Shown piece by piece: positions 1-8,065 of a stretch of 63,418 nt of DNA. The DNA is from Actinomycetota bacterium (GTDB lineage Bacteria > Actinomycetota > Coriobacteriia > Anaerosomatales > PHET01). A program made the position numbers and the translations under genes. The DNA lies in the NCBI GenBank assembly GCA_037445775.1, contig JBBIJX010000004.1, forward strand, positions 1 through 63,418, given 5' to 3'. Numbering within the stretch: the first letter of the stretch is position 1; each line of letters opens with the position of its first letter. A model generated the notes under the pieces. That model was not told the DNA's origin, made no database searches, and saw only the letters and a list, made by a program, of their open reading frames with translations.

Positions 1-220
1 CACCCAGCACTGGTCTCGATACCGGACAACGACCTGACGAACCGCCGGATGCGGGCCCGCATGTCCGGTGGTGTGGGAGGCGGGTCGGGCGACCCGGCCC
101 GCCTACCCGATTACCTCAGGCATGCTTCGCGGCGGTGGCTGTGGGCGCGGCGTCGCGCTGGTGTGGTTCTTGCGGCGGCCAGTCGTGCAGGGTTGGTCCG
201 CAGCCGATAACCTAGTGGTG

Positions 221-3200
221 ATGCGAGTCCACTCGAGACACAACCGGAGCCGTTTCTTGGCCGTCGTGCTGGCGGCTCTTGGGGTCTTCGTCGTGTTTTC
301 CCTGGGCCGCTTTGCGGCTACCTCAGATGTGCACAACGGCGCGACCGAGGCCGACAGGGCGGTAGCGCGGACCCTGACCGTGCGAGTCGAGCCGGGCGAG
401 CGTCGCGTGCTGGACCGGGCGGCTGTACGGCTCGGCCTAGAGGTGGTCTCGGAGATCGACGAAATCGGCGTCGTGGTGCTGCGCGCCGCTGACGTCACCA
501 CGGTCGATCGCGCAATCGAGGGGCTTGAGCGCGCGGGGTTCGGCGGCCGTGTCGAGCGCGACGTGGTGATGCGGATAACCCGCACACCCAACGACCCTTC
601 ATTCCCCATGTTATGGGGACTCAGGAACACCGGGAGCAGCTCCGGCGTGGCGGGTGCGGATGTCGATGCGGAGTCTGCCTGGAATCTTGGCACCGGCTCA
701 CGGGAAGTCGTGGTGGCGGTGGTGGACACCGGGCTTGACGTCGGCCATCCGGACATCGCGGCCAACGCGTGGGTCAACGAGGGCGAGATCCGCGGCAATC
801 GTGTAGATGACGACGGCAATGGCTACGTCGACGACATCAACGGCTGGAACTTCCTCACGGGCAGCCCTGCGGTCTACACTCCGTTGTCCGGCGACACGCA
901 CGCGACTCACGTTGCCGGGACCATCGCGGCTGCGGGAGACAACGGCGTCGGTGTCACTGGGGTCGCCTGGCGTGCCCGTGTCATGGCGCTACCGTTCCTC
1001 GATTCGAATGACGGCGGGAATGCATCGGATGCGGCCAAGGCGATCCTCTACGCCATCAACAACGGGGCCGACGTGATCAACTGCTCGTTCAGTGGAACGT
1101 ACAGCAGCACGTTGAACGCTGCCATCCTGGAGGCGGCCAAGCGCGGCGTGATCGTCGTGGCCGCAGCCGCGAACGACAAGAGCGATATCGACAGAAGCCC
1201 GGTCTTCCCGGCCTCGACGCCCGCAACCAACGTGGTAGCGGTGGTCGCTACGACGCGAACTGACGCACTCGCGGCGTTCTCCAACTGGGGTGCCGCTACC
1301 TGCGACATCGGTGCGCCGGGCCAAGACATCTTCTCGACGATCCCGGGCAACAGGTACTCGTACATGAGCGGCACCTCGATGGCGGCCCCTCACGTTTCCG
1401 GGGCGGTAGCGCTCATGAAGGCGATCTTCCCGGAGCGAAGTGCTGCGTGGGCGACGCAACAGCTGCTCGACAACGCCGAGCGCATCGCGTCGCTGGCGGG
1501 GCGCTGCAACACGGGCGGGCGGCTCGACGTGGGTGCGGCGGTTCGGGCCAACCTGCCCGCACCCGGGTTCGTTTCGCCGGGGGTCGGCGGGGAGCTCATA
1601 GCAGGAGTCGAGGCAGTGATCGAGCTCGCACCGCCGAGCGCCGAGGCAACCCAACTGGCGTACGAGGCCGTGCTTGAGTGCGCGGACCCGGCGCGACCAG
1701 GAGCGACGATGACGGTTGCCGCTACGCGGACCGCGGGAGATCCGTTGAAGCTTCGCGTCGCGGTGCCGCCTGTCTCCACCAGCCCGGGCGTGACGAAGGC
1801 CCGGACAGTGATGGGCGGCGCGGTCTCGGCATGGACCACGCGCGCCGTGCGGCTCGTGGTCGATCACACGCCGCCCAAGCCGCCGACCAGCGTCGTGCCG
1901 GAGGTCCTTGGCGACGGCAGTGTAGCCCTGAGATGGTCGGTCGACCCGGCGGATGGCGTTGCGGCGACGCGCGTTGTGCGCCGCACGGACATTGAGCCGG
2001 CCGGCCGTGACGAGGGGCTGGTCGTGACACAGACGGCAGGCACCGTCGCGCGGGACGCGGGACTAGCAGACGGCGAGACCGCGTACTACGCACTGTTCTC
2101 GGTTGACGATCGGGGCAACTGGTCCCAGCCGGCCACGGCTCAGGTGGAAGCGGTCGATGTGGTGCCCCCACCAACAGTGACGGGTGTCGTTGCGCGGCAG
2201 GTTGGTTCATCAGTCGTTCTGAGATGGAATCCAGTCGCTGACGACGTCAGTGACGTGCGCATCGTGCGGCGGTTCGGGGAGCCGTCTGCGGAGCACTCCT
2301 TCTTGACATCGCGAAGCGCGCCGTGCACGGATACGCTGACGACCGATGTCACTGAGACTGTCGTGAGCTACGCCGTCATCGCGCGCGACCGGAGCGGCAA
2401 CGAGGCGGAAGGCGCCACCTGCGAACTCCTGCTGGACCTGGAGCCGCCCGCAGGCTCGTTCACGCTGGCCGGCGGTGCGGCGTACGTGACGGGCTTCTCG
2501 GTCACGGTTGCCTCGAGCGTGAGCGGCGCCACCGAGATGCGCTTCGACACGGGATTCGGCTTCCGCTCGTGGCAAACCTACACAGGAGCCGCAATCATCA
2601 CCGTGCCCGGTGTGGGTACGCACCTCGTGCGTGCAGAGTACCGGGATACCGCTGGCAACGTGCTCTCGCTGGCGCGATCCATCACCGCACTCGCGCCTGC
2701 CCAGACCTACAACCCGCCTCCGGCGATCACCAAGCTCACACCGAGTGGCACGTTCTCCGTCGCCGCCGGCCGCGCGGTCACGACTTCGCACGACGTGACG
2801 CTCGACTCCGTGGTGACCGACGCGCAGCGCATGCGTTTCGACGTTGGCCGGGGCTGGGGCGCATGGCTGCCGTACGACGCGACGGTCTACGCGACTCTGC
2901 CGCCGGAGGAGGGAGCGCGAGCGGTCCGCGCTCAGTACGACAACGACACCGGCGGCTTGCTGGAGCTGTCGGACTCCATCCTCGTCGACACGCTCGGCCC
3001 GAGCCGCCCAGCCACCCCGGTGGTGGAGTCGGCGACCGCGCTCGCAGTGCGGCTGCGGTTCGCTGCGCCCTCCGACACCGCGACGCTCACGGTCCACCGG
3101 CAAACGGCGTCGGGTGACACGACGCGCGTGGCCACGCTGTCGGCGGACGCGACCGGTTTCGTCGACGCGAGACCTCCGTTGGGTGTGGTGGGCTACCGCG

Positions 3201-3538
3201 TGCTCGCGACCGACACAAACGGTAACGACAGCGACTGTTCGCCTGTGGTGAACGCGCGCGTCCGGAGCATCACGCGCATCACGATCGGGCAGACCTCGCG
3301 GCGCACGGCACGCGTAGCGCTCTCGACGCAGCTGGGGGCGCCGCTCACGGGGCGCAGGGTGAGCGTGCAAGTCAAGACCGCCTCCGGGTGGAAGACCGTG
3401 GCGCGTCCGCTCACAGGACTGAAGGGAACCGCAACAGCGACCCTCCGGTTGTCCCGCCCGGCCAGTGTTCGCGCGGTGTTCGGCGGCGAGGCCGACCACA
3501 CGAAGCACACATCAAGTACGATCAGGTTCAGGCCGTAG
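221..3538 (+). CDS. Secreted subtilisin-like (S8) serine protease with propeptide and long C-terminal FN3/Ig-like repeat region
   Basis: ORF 68..3538. Catalytic triad motifs are VAVVDTGLD (Asp), HATHVAGTIAA (His) and SGTSMAAPHVSG (Ser). Start moved to ATG 221, giving MRVHSRHNRSRFLAVVLAALGVFVVF as a signal/anchor. The C-terminal ~700 aa are beta-rich repeats. Confidence 0.9.
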   Translation: MRVHSRHNRSRFLAVVLAALGVFVVFSLGRFAATSDVHNGATEADRAVARTLTVRVEPGERRVLDRAAVRLGLEVVSEIDEIGVVVLRAADVTTVDRAIEGLERAGFGGRVERDVVMRITRTPNDPSFPMLWGLRNTGSSSGVAGADVDAESAWNLGTGSREVVVAVVDTGLDVGHPDIAANAWVNEGEIRGNRVDDDGNGYVDDINGWNFLTGSPAVYTPLSGDTHATHVAGTIAAAGDNGVGVTGVAWRARVMALPFLDSNDGGNASDAAKAILYAINNGADVINCSFSGTYSSTLNAAILEAAKRGVIVVAAAANDKSDIDRSPVFPASTPATNVVAVVATTRTDALAAFSNWGAATCDIGAPGQDIFSTIPGNRYSYMSGTSMAAPHVSGAVALMKAIFPERSAAWATQQLLDNAERIASLAGRCNTGGRLDVGAAVRANLPAPGFVSPGVGGELIAGVEAVIELAPPSAEATQLAYEAVLECADPARPGATMTVAATRTAGDPLKLRVAVPPVSTSPGVTKARTVMGGAVSAWTTRAVRLVVDHTPPKPPTSVVPEVLGDGSVALRWSVDPADGVAATRVVRRTDIEPAGRDEGLVVTQTAGTVARDAGLADGETAYYALFSVDDRGNWSQPATAQVEAVDVVPPPTVTGVVARQVGSSVVLRWNPVADDVSDVRIVRRFGEPSAEHSFLTSRSAPCTDTLTTDVTETVVSYAVIARDRSGNEAEGATCELLLDLEPPAGSFTLAGGAAYVTGFSVTVASSVSGATEMRFDTGFGFRSWQTYTGAAIITVPGVGTHLVRAEYRDTAGNVLSLARSITALAPAQTYNPPPAITKLTPSGTFSVAAGRAVTTSHDVTLDSVVTDAQRMRFDVGRGWGAWLPYDATVYATLPPEEGARAVRAQYDNDTGGLLELSDSILVDTLGPSRPATPVVESATALAVRLRFAAPSDTATLTVHRQTASGDTTRVATLSADATGFVDARPPLGVVGYRVLATDTNGNDSDCSPVVNARVRSITRITIGQTSRRTARVALSTQLGAPLTGRRVSVQVKTASGWKTVARPLTGLKGTATATLRLSRPASVRAVFGGEADHTKHTSSTIRFRP

Positions 3539-3539
3539 G

Positions 3540-5666
3540 ATGCGGAGCCATGTTGCCACCCGCGTGCTCCTTGCCGTCGCAACGGGACTCGTCGTGCTGC
3601 TCGCCGGGGCATGGGTCTCCAGGGCTACGATTCAGCCCGCGGCGGTGAGCGCTGACGGCACGCTCGCGCTCACGCTCGCGGGAACACCGTCGCCGGGGTG
3701 GGACACGGCATGGGTGTCTCGCGACGTCACGGTGAGCGCGGTGGCCTCTTCGTCGCTCGGCCCCGCTGTCATCCTGTACAAGCAGTGGCGTTCGGGCGTC
3801 GAGACCGAACCGGCAGTCTTTACTGCCACCGGTTCGTCGACTGCCACCCGCGTCGTGAGCGCGGAGGGCACGACCACACTCGTGATGCGAGCTTACCGTT
3901 CGTCTGACTTCCAGAGCGTCACCGCGACGCGTGCCGTGCGCATCGACAAGACCGCCCCGAGCATCCGGTTCTCGACGACCGTGCCGCTTGTCTCGGCGTG
4001 GACCTCGCAGTCCGTGCCTGTCGCTATGAGCGCGGAGGACACGCTCTCCGGGCCGAGCGGACCCATCCGCTACCGAACCTATCGCAACGGTGTCCTGCTC
4101 ATGTCTGGGGCCGGGAGCGGCTTCACGCTCGAGGCGGAGGGCCGACATGCCGTCGAGGCGACCGCCACCGACGTCGCGGGCAACGTAAGCCCGGTCTATC
4201 GGATGCAGGTGGGTATCGACCGGTCGCCGCCCGTGACGCGCTGGAGCGGACCCGCTTACTTCTTCGGGCGCGCGGTGGTGTCGTTCGCAGCGACGGACAC
4301 GTTGACTGGCATCAAGGAGACGCGCTACCGGCTCGGCGATGGCCCCGTCGAGACGGGCGGGTCGCTCGTCGTGACGCTGCCCGCGGACGCGTCGTCGGTG
4401 GCGACGCACACGATCACCTTCTGGTCCGTGGATGTGGCCGGTAATGTCGAGACAAACACGGCGGCGGCGAACTCGGCTACGTTTACCATCGAACCCGACC
4501 GCATAGCGCCCACAACGACGATCAGCGCTCTCGACGGGTTACCGGTGTCCGCTTGGCGTTCGACGGGTATCACGCTTGCGCTCGCGGGTGACGACACGAG
4601 CCGGGGCGCCGGTGTCGCGACGGCGTACTACCGCGTCTGGGGCTCGGAGCTCACCACTTACACGGCGCCGTTCCGGGTCGATGCCGACGGCGTCACGCTC
4701 TTCGACTATCACTCCGTCGACCATGTGGGGAATGCGGGGACGCCGAAGACCGCGCTGGTGCGCATCGACCGCGGGGCGCCATCGTCGACGTATCAGGCCC
4801 AGGCGCGTTACGACGGTCCGGCGGCGATTCCCGTCGTGGCACACGACGCGGAGTCCGGCGCTGCGAGCGTTCATGCGTGGGTGGACGACGGGATGCCGCG
4901 GCTCGTCGCGTCCGGCACAGACGGCGAGGCGACGCTCACGGCGGTCGCCGAGTGTTCGATCGCGGGCACGCACACCGTGAGCTGGGTGGTCTCAGACTTC
5001 GCGGGCAACCGCGAGCCCACGCAGACGGTCACGGTGCACGTGACCGGCACGCCCGCCGTGGTGCTCAGCACGAAGTCGACCACGCTGTCGAACACGAAGA
5101 TCCCCGCCGCGGCAAGCGTTTCCGGTACGCTGCGCGACGGCTCGCGCGTCCTAGCGGGCAAGCGCGTTCGGCTCGAGTACTCCTCATCGTCAAGCTTCTC
5201 CGGCGCCAAGAGCGTGTCGACGACCACGAGCGCCACCGGGCGGTTCTCGTTCGGCATGTCGCTATATGGGCGCACCTACGTACGGGTGCGCTTCGCAGGA
5301 GACGAGGACTTTCGCCCCGCGGTGAGCTCGGCGGTGCGGCTCGTTCCGCGCCACGCGCTGTCGACACCCGCCGCTGGGTCGCCGCAGCGGGCGTACCGCA
5401 CGTTCGCGGTGACGGGCACTCTTCGGCCGGGGCACTCTTCGGCGACGAGCGTGTACGTGCGGCGCTACAAGTACTCGGCGACGCGTGGGCGCTACGTGTA
5501 CGTGGACCGCGTGCGGGCGAGCGTGACGAACAAGGGCTCGTACGCGACGTATCGCGCGTCGATGCGCCTTGGGCGCGGAAGCTGGCGGCTCTACGCGTAC
5601 GCGCCGGCGGACACGCTGCACGGCGCGGGGGTGTCGACGGCGTACCGCAGGGTGGTCGTGCGGTAG
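3540..5666 (+). CDS. Secreted repeat protein (CHB_HEX_C/OmpL47-like Ig-type repeats, C-terminal beta-sandwich modules)
   Basis: ORF 3465..5666, with start moved to ATG 3540, 1 nt after the S8 stop. MRSHVATRVLLAVATGLVVLLAGAWV is a signal peptide. Units of the type ...DVAGN(V)...IDRxxP / IDKTAP recur. The C-terminal ~200 aa are paralogous to the end of ORF 8066..10312. Confidence 0.75.
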   Translation: MRSHVATRVLLAVATGLVVLLAGAWVSRATIQPAAVSADGTLALTLAGTPSPGWDTAWVSRDVTVSAVASSSLGPAVILYKQWRSGVETEPAVFTATGSSTATRVVSAEGTTTLVMRAYRSSDFQSVTATRAVRIDKTAPSIRFSTTVPLVSAWTSQSVPVAMSAEDTLSGPSGPIRYRTYRNGVLLMSGAGSGFTLEAEGRHAVEATATDVAGNVSPVYRMQVGIDRSPPVTRWSGPAYFFGRAVVSFAATDTLTGIKETRYRLGDGPVETGGSLVVTLPADASSVATHTITFWSVDVAGNVETNTAAANSATFTIEPDRIAPTTTISALDGLPVSAWRSTGITLALAGDDTSRGAGVATAYYRVWGSELTTYTAPFRVDADGVTLFDYHSVDHVGNAGTPKTALVRIDRGAPSSTYQAQARYDGPAAIPVVAHDAESGAASVHAWVDDGMPRLVASGTDGEATLTAVAECSIAGTHTVSWVVSDFAGNREPTQTVTVHVTGTPAVVLSTKSTTLSNTKIPAAASVSGTLRDGSRVLAGKRVRLEYSSSSSFSGAKSVSTTTSATGRFSFGMSLYGRTYVRVRFAGDEDFRPAVSSAVRLVPRHALSTPAAGSPQRAYRTFAVTGTLRPGHSSATSVYVRRYKYSATRGRYVYVDRVRASVTNKGSYATYRASMRLGRGSWRLYAYAPADTLHGAGVSTAYRRVVVR

Positions 5667-5744
5667 GGGTGTGGGCGCGGGGCGTGGAGCAGGTGTCCGC
5701 GGCCGCAGAACCATGAAAAGATGAGGGTGGGCTTTACTATGTCA

Positions 5745-5753
5745 TGGTAGAAT
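5745..5753 (+). promoter_or_regulatory. Extended -10 element (TGgTAGAAT) placed for a leaderless transcript of the DUF4143 ATPase gene
   Basis: TAGAAT at 5748..5753 is preceded by TGg and lies 6 nt before ATG 5760. No Shine-Dalgarno sequence is present. Confidence 0.45.
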
Positions 5754-5759
5754 CCCTAC

Positions 5760-6920
5760 ATGATCGCTCGCACCGAGATACTCAACTCCGTTCGCAGAGC
5801 ACTTGATCGCGCCCCGGTAGTCGTCTTGTCGGGGCCCCGTCAGTGCGGCAAGACGACGCTTGCGCGCGAGCTGCTCGATCCAAACTCGGTGAACTACTTC
5901 GACTTGGAGGACCCCGCCAGCCTCGCTCGGCTCGACGAGCCCATGACCGCGCTCCGCGCGCTCGAGGGTCTGGTGGTGATCGACGAGGTCCAGCGGCGGC
6001 CCGATCTCTTTCCGGTGCTGCGAGTCCTTGTTGACCGGAGTCCGTCGAAGGCGAACTTCCTCATACTCGGCAGCGCCTTCGGGGAGCTGGAGCGGCAGAG
6101 CTCCGAGAGTCTCGCGGGCCGGGTGGAGCGCATCGCCATCAGCGGCTTCTCGCTTCGCGAGGTTGGTGCGGCTGGACAGGCGAGGCTTTGGCTGCGCGGG
6201 GGCTTTCCGCGCTCATACCTGACACGCACTGACGCCGATAGCACGTCGTGGAGGCGGCAGTTCATCCAGACGCTGCTGGAGCGCGATCTGCCTCAGTGGG
6301 GCGTCAGGGTGGCACCGACGGCGCTCCGTCGGCTCTGGTCGATCTTGGCCCACTACCATGGCCAGACGTGGAACGCTGCCGAGGCCGCTCGCGCGCTGGA
6401 TATCAGCCAACCAACCGTTCGGCACTATCTTGATCTGCTCACTGACGCCCAGGTCGCTCGACAACTGCAGCCCTATCACGCGAATCTGAAGAAGCGGCAG
6501 GTCAAGTCCCCCAAGGTGTACGTACGAGACAGCGGGATCCTTCACGAGTTGCTGGGCATCGGAGCGGAGAAGAGTCTCTACGAGCACCCAAAGGTAGGCG
6601 CTTCATGGGAGGGATTCGTCGTCGAGCAGGTGTTGTCGGCGCAGCCGCACGATGCCGCCTGGTTCTGGGCCACCCATCAGGGCGCGGAGGTGGACCTGGT
6701 TCTGCAGATCGATGCCAGGCTCTACGGGGTGGAGATCAAGCGAACCGATGCGCCGAAGATGACTCCTTCGATACGGACGGCGCTCTCGGATCTGGGTCTC
6801 GCCAGGGTTGCAGTCGTGTATCCGGGGACGAAACGCTACCCGATGGCCGAGAATGTCGAGGCCGTTCCGCTGTCTGCCCTGGCTGATGGGTCGTCGGCGC
6901 TGTTCGGTGGGGTCGCGTAG
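5760..6920 (+). CDS. AAA-family ATPase with C-terminal DUF4143-like domain
   Basis: Walker A GPRQCGKTTLA and Walker B-like VVIDEVQ. The overall layout is typical of AAA_14 + DUF4143 ATP-binding proteins. Confidence 0.8.
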   Translation: MIARTEILNSVRRALDRAPVVVLSGPRQCGKTTLARELLDPNSVNYFDLEDPASLARLDEPMTALRALEGLVVIDEVQRRPDLFPVLRVLVDRSPSKANFLILGSAFGELERQSSESLAGRVERIAISGFSLREVGAAGQARLWLRGGFPRSYLTRTDADSTSWRRQFIQTLLERDLPQWGVRVAPTALRRLWSILAHYHGQTWNAAEAARALDISQPTVRHYLDLLTDAQVARQLQPYHANLKKRQVKSPKVYVRDSGILHELLGIGAEKSLYEHPKVGASWEGFVVEQVLSAQPHDAAWFWATHQGAEVDLVLQIDARLYGVEIKRTDAPKMTPSIRTALSDLGLARVAVVYPGTKRYPMAENVEAVPLSALADGSSALFGGVA

Positions 6921-6992
6921 GTAGAAGCCGGGCTGTCGGTCCGGGCGAGCGGCGAGGGCTGTTAGACGACGCCCCTTGGCATCGGGGTCGCC

Positions 6993-7021
6993 TTGACGTC
7001 GTCATTCTCAAGGAGTAGCAT
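6993..7021 (+). promoter_or_regulatory. Sigma-70-type promoter for the AbrB/PIN TA operon
   Basis: TTGACG (6993..6998), a 17-nt spacer, then TAGCAT (7016..7021). AAGGAG Shine-Dalgarno copies follow before ATG 7059. Confidence 0.5.
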
Positions 7022-7058
7022 CTGGGGTAAGGAGTACCTGTCAAAGTAAGGAGTCCCG

Positions 7059-7382
7059 ATGCGCGCCACCGCCAAGGTCACATCGAAAGGGCAGATCACG
7101 ATACCCGTCGAGGTGCGCGACGAACTCGGCATCACGACGGGCGACTCGGTGGTCTTCGAGGTGAAGGCAGGGTATGCGACGGTCGCGAGGCGTCTCTCGG
7201 CACTCGAGGTCGCCGCTGAGTTGCGCGAAGAGTCCCAGGGGCTCATACGTGAACCGCGGTATGCAACGAAGGACGAAGCGATCGCAGCCCACTTCGCCCA
7301 CAAGGGCCGCGACGAGGATGATGCCGAGCGCTACGCCGATGAGCTGCTTATCGCCGGTGGGCCACGGGAGGCCGCACGGTGA
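7059..7382 (+). CDS. AbrB/MazE/SpoVT-family antitoxin (VapB-like)
   Basis: The N-terminus MRATAKVTSKGQITIPVEVRDELGI is the SpoVT-AbrB looped-hinge-helix signature. It overlaps the downstream PIN gene by 4 nt. Confidence 0.85.
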   Translation: MRATAKVTSKGQITIPVEVRDELGITTGDSVVFEVKAGYATVARRLSALEVAAELREESQGLIREPRYATKDEAIAAHFAHKGRDEDDAERYADELLIAGGPREAAR

Positions 7383-7774
7383 GGTTAGCGGACGCGAATG
7401 TGATTCTCGACTTCTGTGCGTTGGATCCGGCCCGGGATGAACGAGCGCGCCGCACGGCTGCTGCGCACCGCGGGCAGGGGCCCCTCGTGGTGACCGAGGC
7501 TGTGCTCGCGGAGTGCTTCTGGGTGTTGCAAGGCGCGTACGCCTTCACTCCCGCTCAGTCGACGAGTGTGCTGTCGAGGGTTCTCGGGTCCAGTGATTTC
7601 GCTTTCGGGACGGAGCACCAGTCAGCGGCACTCAGCCTGAAGCGTGCGCATCCCGCACTCGACGTCACGGACTGCCTCCTTGCGGTGCGCGCACTCGCGG
7701 GAGACGAGGTGGCGACGTACGACACGCTTCTGAACCACGTCGTTGAAGCGGGACTCGGGGGAGCCACCGAATGA
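7379..7774 (+). CDS. PIN-domain ribonuclease toxin (VapC-like)
   Basis: GTG start overlaps the antitoxin stop (GTGA). Acidic residues sit in PIN-like positions (LADANVILD..., TEAVLAE..., DVTDCLL). Confidence 0.75.
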   Translation: MRLADANVILDFCALDPARDERARRTAAAHRGQGPLVVTEAVLAECFWVLQGAYAFTPAQSTSVLSRVLGSSDFAFGTEHQSAALSLKRAHPALDVTDCLLAVRALAGDEVATYDTLLNHVVEAGLGGATE

Positions 7775-7887
7775 GCGACCGCGAACCCGATGCACACCAT
7801 CAGTGAGCCGATCTGCACCGCCCCCTCGAGCGCCGTTGAACTTGGGCGGAGCCATCTGCCACCTGCGTTCAGTCTTGCGCTTGGTAC

Positions 7888-7917
7888 TACCAGATGCAAT
7901 ACCACCTGCATCTGGTA
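7888..7917. repeat. Perfect 11-bp inverted repeat (TACCAGATGCA-8 nt-TGCATCTGGTA) in a lower-GC spacer
   Basis: Read directly: arms at 7888..7898 and 7907..7917. It lies 114 nt after the vapC-like stop and 150 nt before the next gene. Confidence 0.6.
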
Positions 7918-8065
7918 ACTCTTGAGTTCTGGATGAAGCGGATTCAAGACGTGTCATACGCTGCGCATCCGCGAACAAGTACTCGGTCGGCTTGTCGTGT
8001 TGAGCTTGGAGCCTTCTAGGGTATCGTGAACGAGTGTCCGCAACTTCCGGCGGGAGGGGTTTGTC

